Shown here: positions 17,568 to 26,707 of the stretch, piece by piece
How the letters are laid out: every line of letters begins with the position of its first letter
How positions within the stretch are numbered: position 1 is the first letter of the stretch
Notes under the pieces: generated by a model
The model's input: only the letters and a program-made list of their open reading frames with translations
Told to the model about the DNA's origin: nothing
Databases searched by the model: none
Assembly (NCBI RefSeq): GCF_900083515.1
Contig: NZ_LT671858.1
Coordinates: 1,410,001 to 1,442,000 of the forward strand
Origin: Cuniculiplasma divulgatum
GTDB lineage: Archaea; Thermoplasmatota; Thermoplasmata; Thermoplasmatales; Thermoplasmataceae
Direction of reading: 5' to 3'
Length of the DNA stretch: 32,000 nt
Translations under genes and position numbers: made by a program

Positions 17568-17972
17568 TCACCTGTAAGACTTCTGTCTTTTGGCTCTGGC
17601 CCCTCTTCCCATGGGCTTCTTTGGCAGTTTTCTTCTAATATCATTAACCATTATTGTTCTGTCATATTGTCTGTATATTTCCTCAACTGTGTTGTCCTTC
17701 AGGAACTTTACAATTCCTTTAGCCATAGCTGTTCTTGCAGCATCTACCTGTCCTGTTAAGCCTCCTCCACTTACTGAAATATCGACATCGATTGAACCAG
17801 ACCTTTCACCTATAAGAGCTATTGGTTCCATCAGTTTTTCTCTAAGCAGCGCCACTGGGTATAGTTCTACTGGATAGTCATTTATCCTGAATTTTCCAGT
17901 TCCACTCTTTGTATATGCCCTCGCCGTAGCTGTTTTTCTTTTTCCAGTTGTTATAACTATTTCTTCACTCAA
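17568..17972 (-). CDS. rps9: 30S ribosomal protein uS9
   Basis: 134 aa with GKRKTATARA near the N-terminus, GGGLTGQ, and the C-terminal RQKSYR. Confidence 0.95.
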   Translation of the reverse strand: MSEEIVITTGKRKTATARAYTKSGTGKFRINDYPVELYPVALLREKLMEPIALIGERSGSIDVDISVSGGGLTGQVDAARTAMAKGIVKFLKDNTVEEIYRQYDRTIMVNDIRRKLPKKPMGRGARAKRQKSYR

Positions 17973-18390
17973 TTACCTTTACCTCCTTTCCCATTATTTT
18001 TGCTACTTCTGTAAGGGTCACAAAACCGCTTACCCTGTTGTTCTGAGCCTTTTCGAATTTCTCGAATTGCTTATCCTTCAGTTCGGGTGGTACTCCATCG
18101 TATACAATGCATCTTTTCAGTGCCTCTTTTCCCTTAGCCTTATCTTTTGGAAGCATATCACCAATGGACCTCTTGAGAATAGCCTTTGGATTTCTTGGAT
18201 AATAAGGTCCCTTCCTGACACTTCCTATATCCCTTCTGCTCCTGAACTTCCCCAGTACTGCATCTCTTCCCCCCGTCACAGCTACCTTTGCTGCATTCAC
18301 TATTGTAACTGATTCTCCTTCCAGCAGCTTTTTTGCCAGAATGGTTGAAAGCCTGCCATAAACTGCGTTATCCGCATCTACGTATATCAT
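17965..18390 (-). CDS. rpl13: 50S ribosomal protein uL13
   Basis: 141 aa. VDADNAVYGRLSTILAKKLLEGESVTIVNAAKVAVTG is typical of archaeal L13. It overlaps the rps9 start by 8 nt. Confidence 0.95.
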   Translation of the reverse strand: MIYVDADNAVYGRLSTILAKKLLEGESVTIVNAAKVAVTGGRDAVLGKFRSRRDIGSVRKGPYYPRNPKAILKRSIGDMLPKDKAKGKEALKRCIVYDGVPPELKDKQFEKFEKAQNNRVSGFVTLTEVAKIMGKEVKVIE

Positions 18391-18394
18391 TATC

Positions 18395-18796
18395 TTACCT
18401 CATTATTTTTAAATTCTTGGGTTCAGGATTTTCCTTTGCCAGATCAGCCAGGAAAACAAATTCAGACCCAGAGTCCTTGATCTTCTTCATTGCTTTCTCA
18501 CTGACATCAAGAGCTGAGATCTTTAATTTCTTCTCCATATACCCGCTTCCAAGAACCTTGCCTGGCACAACGACTATGTCTCCATCCTTGCACATTTTAG
18601 ATATCTTGCCCACGTTTAGATCTGCATAATTTTGCCTTGTCTCAGAGAGCCTCTTTGCAATGTCTCTCCATAAAGGTGACTGGTTTTCCCTTGACAATTT
18701 AAGAAGGGTTTCAACCGTTTCCATAATTTTAGGACTTGTTTTTCTTTCTGCTTGTATACTCATTTTGACCATCGGAATATAAACCTGAATGCCCAA
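18395..18796 (-). CDS. rpl18e: 50S ribosomal protein eL18 (L18e)
   Basis: 133 aa. SPLWRDIAKRLSETRQNYADLNVGKISK matches the L18e core, and its position upstream of rpl13 is the conserved archaeal order. The start may be one of the internal Met codons. Confidence 0.85.
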   Translation of the reverse strand: MGIQVYIPMVKMSIQAERKTSPKIMETVETLLKLSRENQSPLWRDIAKRLSETRQNYADLNVGKISKMCKDGDIVVVPGKVLGSGYMEKKLKISALDVSEKAMKKIKDSGSEFVFLADLAKENPEPKNLKIMR

Positions 18797-18812
18797 GAAT
18801 TAATAAAGATTT

Positions 18813-19553
18813 TCACGAAGAACCATCTTTTTCGTTTCTCATATCTCTTGATGCGATTTCTATTTTTCTCATTATACCCATTATTCTATAGAATTCACTC
18901 CTTGCCATATCTGATCTAGATATGAGACGCCTGAACATCACCATTGTATTAGGTATCTTGTGAGCGGGGAAATTAACCTTGCCCATTATTTTATTGATAT
19001 TTTCCAGCAAAATTTCAATCTCCTCCCTTGATGCTCTGTCTTTCTCAGGGTAGTCAACTTCCTCGTTTAACATTGACTCATAAAGGATAAGCGTAAGTGC
19101 GTGGGATAGATTATAAACTGGATAATCGGGATTTCCAGGTATGGTAATGAAAAAGTCACAAAGCTCCAGTTCAGAATTTTTCAGGCCGTCCCCCTCCCTT
19201 CCAATTACAATTCCTGTCTTCTTCTCGTTCCTGTAATGATCTGACCAGAATACAGATGGTTTCATTGGTATTCTTCTGTAATCTCTCATATTCTCGGATG
19301 AAACTGCAGATGTCCCAACAAGAACATCAAAGTTTTCCCTTACTTCCTTTAAATCAGAATAATATTCCGCGCTTCCAAGAATGTCGGATGCTTCTTTTGC
19401 CCTTGCAAAGGCATCGTCGTCAAAAAATGATGTTCCAACAACTATAAGATTTTTGAAAAAAGTGTTTTTCATAGATCTGGCAGCAGCGCCAATATTACCC
19501 TGAACCTCTGGTTCCACCAGTACGATGGAAACCTGATCCCTGTTCAGTATCAT
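18813..19553 (-). CDS. SpoU/TrmJ-family RNA 2'-O-methyltransferase (SPOUT)
   Basis: 246 aa. VLVEPEVQGNIGAAARSMKN and LNLSHA-type motifs (YNLSHALTLILYE) are characteristic of TrmJ-like enzymes. It shares an ATGA overlap with the upstream FKBP gene. Confidence 0.8.
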   Translation of the reverse strand: MILNRDQVSIVLVEPEVQGNIGAAARSMKNTFFKNLIVVGTSFFDDDAFARAKEASDILGSAEYYSDLKEVRENFDVLVGTSAVSSENMRDYRRIPMKPSVFWSDHYRNEKKTGIVIGREGDGLKNSELELCDFFITIPGNPDYPVYNLSHALTLILYESMLNEEVDYPEKDRASREEIEILLENINKIMGKVNFPAHKIPNTMVMFRRLISRSDMARSEFYRIMGIMRKIEIASRDMRNEKDGSS

Positions 19554-20314
19554 TGTGCACTGACGTTTTTCTCGTTTTCTTTGTCTGCTGTTTCTTCCTT
19601 AGCTGGTATTTCCTGTTTATCGTCTTCCTTTACTTCTTCCTTCACTGGTTCATACTTTTCCGTTATGTAAAGAACCAGATCCTTAAGATATTTTCTTGTG
19701 GCTTCTACTACCCTGTACTTTGCATCAAACCACTCTATGTTGAATTTCATGTCTTCTGGAACTGTGATTTCCAGATCGTTTTCTCTTTCTTCGATCACAA
19801 ACTTATCTGATCCTCTTGAGAAGTTGAGATCTATTATTCCTTTAAGTATGTCCTTCTTCCCATCCAGTTTCTCAACCAGTGAATATTTGTAGAAAACATC
19901 CTTTCCTGCCCATGGGTGATTGTAATCAACAACAACTCTTCCGGGGCTTACTGAAAGTATCCTACCTCTCTTGTTATTTATTCTTACTTCTGCTCCCGGC
20001 ACAGGATCTATATTATTTCTCTTGAATTCTGACATGGTATGCACTTTTAGATTCTTTGAATCCCTCATGCCATAGGCGTTCTCTGCCTTTATCTCCACTT
20101 CATGCTCTTCTCCTATCTTTGAACTTAGAAGACTGTCATTTATTTCCTTAAACAAATCTTCAGATCCAACTACAAGAACTCCCTCTCCATACTTTTGATC
20201 CGGATCATAAATATTATTTTCTTTTGCTAGTGCTTCATCGCTCGTTGCAACAAGTTGTTTATCTGACCCGACTCTCATTTCAAATTTAATTTTTACAAAG
20301 TCTCCATTTTCCAT
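19550..20314 (-). CDS. Long-type archaeal FKBP peptidyl-prolyl cis-trans isomerase / chaperone
   Basis: 254 aa. It has an FKBP/SlyD-like segment (GDFVKIKFEMRV...GEEHEVEIKAENAYGMRDSKNLKVHTMSEF), an insert-in-flap-like region, and an acidic Lys/Glu-rich tail. Confidence 0.75.
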   Translation of the reverse strand: MENGDFVKIKFEMRVGSDKQLVATSDEALAKENNIYDPDQKYGEGVLVVGSEDLFKEINDSLLSSKIGEEHEVEIKAENAYGMRDSKNLKVHTMSEFKRNNIDPVPGAEVRINNKRGRILSVSPGRVVVDYNHPWAGKDVFYKYSLVEKLDGKKDILKGIIDLNFSRGSDKFVIEERENDLEITVPEDMKFNIEWFDAKYRVVEATRKYLKDLVLYITEKYEPVKEEVKEDDKQEIPAKEETADKENEKNVSAQ

Positions 20315-20393
20315 GGTATCACCGGAATAAGTTATACGTAATTTCAGATATTATTTAAAGGTATTCTGTAAAAATTAAGCTTTTGAAATAATT

Positions 20394-22094
20394 TCATGCA
20401 TAGACAAAACCAATATCGGAATCAATGAACACATCATCTCCGTCTTTGACGTCATTCAATACTATTGTACTGTATATGCATGTTTTTCCTGCTTTTTCAA
20501 TTTTTTGAATTACTGATCTTATTGGATTGCCTGTTATTATGAAGGCTTCATAAAAGCTGTAATCAAATTTATCATCAGAAATTTTTTCACAGTTTCCCAT
20601 GTAAATACTTCCTTTCCCGCTGTTAATTTTTCCGGATATGTTCTTTCCCAGTGCATATCCCCTGGCAACAAGTGTTCCTGCTGTGAGAACGCTGACCTGT
20701 GCAGTGCCTGCAAATAGGTGATCAGGGTGACCAGATGTTACAACTATTCTTTCTCCTTTAAGGATCATTCCATCCCCTACCAGTGCATTTAGAACATCCT
20801 TTACAGAGATATCCTCCTTGAAGTTTTCAATGACATATGGAAACACACCCCGATAGAGATTGGTTCTGGATGCCACTAATCTTGACGGTGTTACTGATAA
20901 TATTCTAGAGGATGGTCTCATTGATGATACCATTCTGGCCGTGTTTCCACCCCTTGTGCATGCCACAATGTGATGTGCATTTATCTGATCAGAAAGAATC
21001 TTCGTGGACTTTGCTACTGAAAAGGTAACCCTGCTTCCAGTGAATTCACTTGGTTCTTCAAAATTATGGTAGAATGATTCCACATAAAGTGAAGTGTCAC
21101 TCAACACTTTCACAGCTTCAAGTGGGAAAGAACCTATTGCGGTCTCCTCGGAAAGCATGAGAGCGTCAGTATTATCAAGTATGGCATTTGTTACATCTGA
21201 TATTTCTGCCCTGGTTGGTGATTCACTGGAAACCATGCTTTCGAGCATCTGTGTTGCCACTATTATGGGAATACCGTTTGAATGGGCTTTTTGCATTATG
21301 TACTTCTGGCTTACTGTTACCTCATGGACAGGCATCTCTACACCAAGGTCACCCCTTGCCACCATTATGGCATCTGTTGCCTTTACTATACCTTCAATAT
21401 TATCCATGGCCTGTTTTGTTTCAATTTTTGCCACAAGGTGGATATTTCCGCCCATCTTCCCAATCATGTCGTGAACCATGTCTATTTCATTGCGATTCTG
21501 GACGAATGAAAGCGCAATGTATTCAACGTTTTTCTCCACTGACATTTTCAGATATTCTCTGTCCCTTTCCTGTAAAATACCCATGGGAATGTACCTTCCA
21601 GGAATGTTCATCCTTCCATTATTTTTCAATATGCCGTCAACAGATGAACTCAATTTACATATTCTATTACCCTCCTGAATGACAGTCGTTCGTATCTTTC
21701 CGTCCATGAACAGAACTTCATCACCTTTCTTCAGTGATTTAACAACATCGTCAACAGCTATGTGGATATCAGCTTTTTCCTCCTGCTGCCCCAGAGTGTA
21801 TTCCTTCCCTGACAAAATTGCTAATGTGTCACCGTTCAGCAGAGCCCTCAATTCAGGGCCCTTTAGATCAACCATTATACTCACATACATTTTTCTTTCT
21901 CTGGCCATTTTATCCCTGAAATTTACCAGATTCTGAAGTTCCTCCTTAGTACTGTGAGCTGTGTTGAGTCTGAAACATGTCACCCCGTATTCTATCATAC
22001 GTTCCATAATATTTTCTTCAGAACATGCAGGACCATATGTAGCAACAATCTTGGTCTTTGGTCTCTTTAAAATGTCCATCTTTTGAGAGTTCAT
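20394..22094 (-). CDS. pyk: Pyruvate kinase with a ~95 aa C-terminal extra domain
   Basis: 566 aa with KTKIVATYGPACS, MVARGDLGVEMP and LSEETAIGSFP. The C-terminal extension ends in DGDDVFIDSDIGFVYA, which resembles the tail of a PEP-utiliser mobile domain. Confidence 0.9.
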   Translation of the reverse strand: MNSQKMDILKRPKTKIVATYGPACSEENIMERMIEYGVTCFRLNTAHSTKEELQNLVNFRDKMARERKMYVSIMVDLKGPELRALLNGDTLAILSGKEYTLGQQEEKADIHIAVDDVVKSLKKGDEVLFMDGKIRTTVIQEGNRICKLSSSVDGILKNNGRMNIPGRYIPMGILQERDREYLKMSVEKNVEYIALSFVQNRNEIDMVHDMIGKMGGNIHLVAKIETKQAMDNIEGIVKATDAIMVARGDLGVEMPVHEVTVSQKYIMQKAHSNGIPIIVATQMLESMVSSESPTRAEISDVTNAILDNTDALMLSEETAIGSFPLEAVKVLSDTSLYVESFYHNFEEPSEFTGSRVTFSVAKSTKILSDQINAHHIVACTRGGNTARMVSSMRPSSRILSVTPSRLVASRTNLYRGVFPYVIENFKEDISVKDVLNALVGDGMILKGERIVVTSGHPDHLFAGTAQVSVLTAGTLVARGYALGKNISGKINSGKGSIYMGNCEKISDDKFDYSFYEAFIITGNPIRSVIQKIEKAGKTCIYSTIVLNDVKDGDDVFIDSDIGFVYA

Positions 22095-22213
22095 GGATTT
22101 AAAAGTGTATTATGGTATAATAAGAAAACTAATGATTCATTATGAAAAACTATTTAGAAATACACGAATAAACATTGATAAGAATAAATAACCTTAGTTT
22201 TATTATGATCTGA

Positions 22214-22831
22214 ATGACGGAAAAATATCCAATCGAAGCAGTTATCGAGCTTGAACGGGATGACTGCAAGATTACTCAGGCAATAATGAAAATGAAGGGG
22301 GTTAAATCGGTAACAAGACTCAAGATAGAAGTCGATGAAACCCTGCATCTTGTTGAGAAGGATACATTCACCGATGAAGATATGAAAATAATCAACTCTC
22401 TTTCCAAAAAGGTTGCAAAAACTGGCCCCGGAAAGTTGTGGATATATGGAAAAAGCTGTTCTGCATGCAGGGCACTCGCCCTGAGTGAGGCGGTAATGGT
22501 TTCAAGCAAATCTGTGGATTCAAGAAAAATACTCTTCAGAATCCTAGTTGAGAACAGGGTTTCATTAAAAAAGTTAATGAAACAGCTTGAAGCAGATCAG
22601 TTAAACCCAAAAATAGTTGAAGAACCTGACGAGCAGAGAAATGAGATGTCTGAAAGAGAATTGAGTGTGCTTAAGATGTGCTATGATCTTGGCTATTTTG
22701 AGAATGACAGGGCCTCATCACTAACGGAGATTGCTAAGGTGCTGGGTGTTTCTACATCATCCCTATCAGAAACCTTGAGAAGAGCCATGAAAAAAACAGT
22801 GAGAGATTACCTCACGAGAAAAAATCCATGA
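22214..22831 (+). CDS. HTH_10 (bacterio-opsin activator-type HTH) transcriptional regulator
   Basis: 205 aa. The C-terminal ELSVLKMCYDLGYFENDRASSLTEIAKVLGVSTSSLSETLRRAMKK matches the HTH_10 consensus (GYF..PR...l.eiA..lgis.st..e.LR.A..K). The N-terminal domain is uncharacterised. Confidence 0.7.
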   Translation: MTEKYPIEAVIELERDDCKITQAIMKMKGVKSVTRLKIEVDETLHLVEKDTFTDEDMKIINSLSKKVAKTGPGKLWIYGKSCSACRALALSEAVMVSSKSVDSRKILFRILVENRVSLKKLMKQLEADQLNPKIVEEPDEQRNEMSERELSVLKMCYDLGYFENDRASSLTEIAKVLGVSTSSLSETLRRAMKKTVRDYLTRKNP

Positions 22832-22947
22832 TGATTTTCTAATAGTTTACAGGTACATATCAGTAGTTAACTGTATTTTTAAAGTAATGATATTTCTAGT
22901 ATGAAAAAAATTTGCCAATGCTCTGTCATACGTTCTAATGAAGAAGT

Positions 22948-23727
22948 TCATAGATTCAGAGCCTTAATTTTCATTGCCTTTTCATACAGTGTGGAAAATT
23001 CCCTGAAGTTGAGTTGCTGCTCCTTATCACTCATTGCCTCTTCTGGTCTTGGATGAGTTTCAACCATCAGTCCATCTGCTCCGGCTGCTACTGCTGCCAG
23101 GGCAAGTGGCTCAACGTATTCTCTTCTTCCTGCTGGATGGCTTGGATCAACCACTATGGGGAATTTCACCTTTTTCCTGAGTACTGGAATAGCTGAAATA
23201 TCCAGGGTGAATCTTGTAGAATTCTCGAATGTCCTGATTCCCCTCTCAACGAGAATTATATCTTCATTTCCACCAGCACTTAGATATCTTGAAGCCTGAT
23301 AAAATTCTTCAACTGTGTTTCCAAATCCTCTTTTCAGAAGCACTGGTTTTGGCTGTTTTGCCACATCCTTCAAAAGAGAAAAATTCTGACAGTTTCTGCT
23401 CCCTATCTGGAGTATATCTGCATAATCACTGACAAGTTCCAGTTCATCGTTTCCCATTACCTCAGTGACCACAAGCATATTGTATTTATCTGCTGCATCC
23501 CTCATGAGTTTCAATCCTGTTTCAGCAAGTCCCTGGAATGAATCTGGAGAAGTTCTGGGCTTGAACGCCCCTCCTCGCAGTATCTTAACACCAAGTGTGG
23601 ACAGGAATTTAGCCGTTTCCATCATCTGGTCTCTACTTTCCACGGCACATGGACCTGCAATAAATCTCAGGCTTCCCTTTGGAAAGAGTTCTCTAACATT
23701 ATTCATTTCTTTCATCATCGTAATCAC
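22948..23727 (-). CDS. aroA: 3-deoxy-7-phosphoheptulonate (DAHP) synthase, type I-beta
   Basis: 259 aa with [10 protein letters not shown] and [15 protein letters not shown]. The true start is probably an internal Met (e.g. M8 at 23706), giving a short ATGAATAA-type overlap with the trpC stop. Confidence 0.88.
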   Translation of the reverse strand: MITMMKEMNNVRELFPKGSLRFIAGPCAVESRDQMMETAKFLSTLGVKILRGGAFKPRTSPDSFQGLAETGLKLMRDAADKYNMLVVTEVMGNDELELVSDYADILQIGSRNCQNFSLLKDVAKQPKPVLLKRGFGNTVEEFYQASRYLSAGGNEDIILVERGIRTFENSTRFTLDISAIPVLRKKVKFPIVVDPSHPAGRREYVEPLALAAVAAGADGLMVETHPRPEEAMSDKEQQLNFREFSTLYEKAMKIKALNL

Positions 23728-24451
23728 TTCCTTCTTTTTTAATTTCTATAACAAATTTTGGTTCTTTTAAAACTGATGAACCTATAAGATATCCATCGAA
23801 TGGCATTTTGAGCAATCTCCTATAGTTACTCCTATCAAGTCCGCTTTCAAGAACCTTCACTTCGTGCCCTGCCATTAGTTCAACTACCTGATCTTCGTTT
23901 CCTTCCATCTTCAGTGTTCTAAGATTTCTTCTGTTATAACCACATATTACATTTTTCCCCTGAGGTATCCTATCAAAAATCTCTCTGTCATGGAATTCAG
24001 CAAGTACATCCATGTGCATGCTTTCCGCATATCCTGTCAGTTCCTCCATCCTTGAAGCAGGAAGAAAGTCGGCAATTAGTAATATGGCATCGAAACCACA
24101 ATTGTATGAGGTTTCTATCATTTCTTCTCTATCTATGAAATCCTTCATCAGAATAGGCTTTTCGAATTTCTGAAGGCTTAACCCATCAGTAAAGTTGCCT
24201 GCGAAATGATCAGGCTCGGTAAGAACGCTGAACGCATCGGCGTAATCCTTAACGTAATCCCCGAATTTTTCAGGACTGGAGAATGACGGGCCGTAAAAAC
24301 CTGAAGGTGATTCTCTCTTATATTCGATTATCAGTTTTTTTCCCTTTGCCCCAAGCACATTCTTCATCGAGATCGGCTTCCTTGATCTCATATCCTCACT
24401 TACGTGATTACGCTTTTCGTTTTTTCTATAAATCTGTTCAACTACATTCAA
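23699..24451 (-). CDS. trpC: Indole-3-glycerol phosphate synthase
   Basis: 250 aa. The [11 protein letters not shown] motif and (beta/alpha)8-like length fit, and it sits within the trp operon. Confidence 0.88.
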   Translation of the reverse strand: MNVVEQIYRKNEKRNHVSEDMRSRKPISMKNVLGAKGKKLIIEYKRESPSGFYGPSFSSPEKFGDYVKDYADAFSVLTEPDHFAGNFTDGLSLQKFEKPILMKDFIDREEMIETSYNCGFDAILLIADFLPASRMEELTGYAESMHMDVLAEFHDREIFDRIPQGKNVICGYNRRNLRTLKMEGNEDQVVELMAGHEVKVLESGLDRSNYRRLLKMPFDGYLIGSSVLKEPKFVIEIKKEGSDYDDERNE

Positions 24452-24452
24452 T

Positions 24453-25013
24453 TCAATCCCTCAAGAAATTCTCAAATAGTTTCCTTCCATACTCAGAATA
24501 GAAACTTTCAGGATGGAACTGTACCCCAAATCTTTTCATATCTGGAGTATGAAATCCCATGATACTACCATCCGATTGAGAGATGCAGTCAGGTATTATT
24601 TCTGGAGATTGACGCACTGTGAGTGAATGATACCTGATTGCCTTGAATTTCTCAGGTATGCCACTGTATAGAGGGGAATCACCGTGAATCATTGTGTCAA
24701 CCTCTCCGTGAAATTGGCGATTCATTCTTTCAATGACTGAACCTTTATTATATGCTATAACCTGATGCCCAAAGCAAATACCAAGAACCTTTGAATTCTT
24801 TAACCCTGTGAGGAATGTGTCAAGATCTCCTCTGTCTTCATGAATCGAAGGGCTTCCGGGTCCCGGAGAAATAACAATACGATCATATTCATCTGCTCTT
24901 ATTTTACGAAGTTCATCATTCTTCACCACCTTCACACTGGTACCAAGTTCCCCTAAAAGCTGTTCTATATTATACACAAATGAATCGTAGTTATCAATTA
25001 ACAATATCTTCAT
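24453..25013 (-). CDS. trpG: Anthranilate synthase component II (glutamine amidotransferase)
   Basis: 186 aa with MKILLIDNYDSFVYN, the catalytic GICFGHQ, and VQFHPES. Confidence 0.92.
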   Translation of the reverse strand: MKILLIDNYDSFVYNIEQLLGELGTSVKVVKNDELRKIRADEYDRIVISPGPGSPSIHEDRGDLDTFLTGLKNSKVLGICFGHQVIAYNKGSVIERMNRQFHGEVDTMIHGDSPLYSGIPEKFKAIRYHSLTVRQSPEIIPDCISQSDGSIMGFHTPDMKRFGVQFHPESFYSEYGRKLFENFLRD

Positions 25014-26205
25014 TTAACTTACCCCCAACTGCTGAATATGATTTCATTCTTATCTCATCTACTTCTCTTTCCGGATCTGAATCCTTTACTATTCCTGCCC
25101 CTGATCTGACGAAATATCCATTTCCATTCCCATATATTGTTCGTATTGTCAATGCCATGTCCATTTTTTCTGGCTCAATCAAGCCTACACAACCTGCATA
25201 TGGACCCCTTGGTGATGTTTCAAGATCATTGATGATCCTTATGGCCCTGTCCTTTGGCGCTCCACTAACTGTGCCTGCTGGAAAAACTGCATTTATTATT
25301 TCGCTATTTTCAATATCCCTTCTCAGCTTAGATCTAACCTGGCTAACTATATGCATTACTGATGAAAATTGCCTTATTTCCATTGATCTTTCCACGTGAA
25401 CTGTACCGTAATCTGAAATTTTCCCAAGATCATTTCTGGCAAGGTCCACAAGCATTCTGTGTTCCAGAAGTTCTTTTTGGTCTGATAGTAGATCCTTTGC
25501 AATCTCCTCATTTTCTGATTCATCGATGGAAATCCTTCGGGTACCAGCAATAGGTTCTATCATGAGATCTGTCCTATCTCTGGTTATAAGATTTTCCGGA
25601 GAACTTCCAAATATTTCATATTCATTGAATTTGAAATAATATACATATAATGATCTATCAGTTCTCAGGAATGTTCTAACCATATCCAAAGGATCAAGTG
25701 AAAATGGCCCGAAATCCCTTGATACGACAACCTGAAGTGCTTCGCCATTTCTTATCCTTTCTCTTGCTGCTATTATTTTTTCTTCCATTTCATGATCCTT
25801 CACATTTTCCTTCATAGGTGAGTGGACTGCTGTTGCAGACCTTGTGTACCTGCCTTTTAACGTTCCCTCAGGATTCAGCATTAATACTGGCGGGAACAGA
25901 CCTTCCTTTGCCTTCGATTTAAATATACTGTTTACAAGAGAGAACGAAAGAATGATGGGTGTTTCTGTTTGTATTTTACTAAAAATTGATGTGTCACTGG
26001 CTTCAATCACATCTGTACCGGTGATCAGGGTTTCCTCTCCTGTTATTCTCTGATCATCAGTGAACTTACAGAAATACGCGAAGTTTCTGTTATTCTTTTT
26101 AAGATCCTCCACTATTTCTAAGATTTCACTTTCCATATCCAGCCTCCCTGAAAAAGTTCCTGATCTTAGAAGCATCTTTTTTGCCAGGATATGCTTCGAG
26201 CCCAC
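24994..26205 (-). CDS. trpE: Anthranilate synthase component I
   Basis: 403 aa ORF with the chorismate-binding signatures PKDRAIRIINDLE, RGPYAGCVG and SGAGIVKDSDPEREVDE. The longest ORF overlaps trpF by 80 nt. A start at M24 (26136) would cut the overlap to 11 nt and is more likely. Confidence 0.88.
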   Translation of the reverse strand: MGSKHILAKKMLLRSGTFSGRLDMESEILEIVEDLKKNNRNFAYFCKFTDDQRITGEETLITGTDVIEASDTSIFSKIQTETPIILSFSLVNSIFKSKAKEGLFPPVLMLNPEGTLKGRYTRSATAVHSPMKENVKDHEMEEKIIAARERIRNGEALQVVVSRDFGPFSLDPLDMVRTFLRTDRSLYVYYFKFNEYEIFGSSPENLITRDRTDLMIEPIAGTRRISIDESENEEIAKDLLSDQKELLEHRMLVDLARNDLGKISDYGTVHVERSMEIRQFSSVMHIVSQVRSKLRRDIENSEIINAVFPAGTVSGAPKDRAIRIINDLETSPRGPYAGCVGLIEPEKMDMALTIRTIYGNGNGYFVRSGAGIVKDSDPEREVDEIRMKSYSAVGGKLNEDIVN

Positions 26206-26707
26206 TGCTTGCGTCTATAAATCCTGGATGGTAATCCATAATTTTTCTTAAGTTTTCTATATTTATTTTTCCCGCAACACCGACCTTCTTATTTAAGAAG
26301 GATTCTATATCACTCATCTTATCTACTATGCCACTCCTGCTTTCAAGAAGTACAAGATCTGCATTATGTGATCTTTCCCTCATTGTGTCTGATTCTATTA
26401 CCTCTCGATCGACATCAATAACTGAGATTATCTTTCTTCCATCCTCTCTTACTTTTTCCATATCCTGAGCGGAGTTTGGAAAGTGCAGTTGAGCATAATC
26501 TTCTCCTGAGTCATATTTCAATGATGCTTCCAGATCTGTATAAACTGAGGCAACGTTCATTCCATATTCCTTTAGTTCCTTCACCAGTTCCATTGATCCC
26601 TTTCTGGGTGATAGATCCGAAAGAACAACTCCTATTATGGTAGCCCCGGAGTCACTGGCAATTTTTGCGTCTTCAATGTTTGTGACCCCACATATTTTAA
26701 AAAACAG
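26126..26707 (-). CDS. trpF: Phosphoribosylanthranilate isomerase (5' end extended beyond the first ATG; start uncertain)
   Basis: The ATG-delimited ORF (26126-26593) lacks the catalytic N-terminus. The same frame stays open upstream and encodes LFFKICGVTNIEDAKIASDSGATIIGVVLSDLSPRKGS, matching the KICGIT.xEDA beta1 motif. The C-terminal DASSGLEAYPGKKD also matches TrpF. The only plausible initiator is CTG at 26705-26707, 9 nt after AGGAGG. Confidence 0.8.
   Translation of the reverse strand: MFFKICGVTNIEDAKIASDSGATIIGVVLSDLSPRKGSMELVKELKEYGMNVASVYTDLEASLKYDSGEDYAQLHFPNSAQDMEKVREDGRKIISVIDVDREVIESDTMRERSHNADLVLLESRSGIVDKMSDIESFLNKKVGVAGKINIENLRKIMDYHPGFIDASSGLEAYPGKKDASKIRNFFREAGYGK

Noticed and set aside
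21094-21936. Several plus-strand ORFs of 66-164 aa (21094-21474, 21188-21682, 21282-21509, 21478-21678, 21679-21936)
   Set aside because: All lie antisense inside the well-supported pyruvate kinase gene. Their low-complexity Ser/Leu/Phe-rich translations are typical of shadow ORFs in AT-rich DNA.
22829-22900. ATGATGA (C-box-like) at the stop of the HTH_10 gene, with ATGATA downstream
   Set aside because: No CTGA D or D' boxes occur at the required spacing. The motif is simply the tandem stop region (TGA TGA).
26136-26205. An 80-nt overlap between trpF and the longest trpE ORF as a possible unusual overlapping-gene arrangement
   Set aside because: It is most simply explained by trpE starting at an internal Met (M24, 26136). 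The first 23 residues (MGSKHILAKKMLLRSGTFSGRLD) show no TrpE-like conservation.
26695-26704. A classical -1 X_XXY_YYZ slippery heptamer at the T6A4 run
   Set aside because: Careful frame bookkeeping shows trpF is in the +1 (not -1) frame relative to trpD, so a -1 tandem-slippage model does not connect the two frames.
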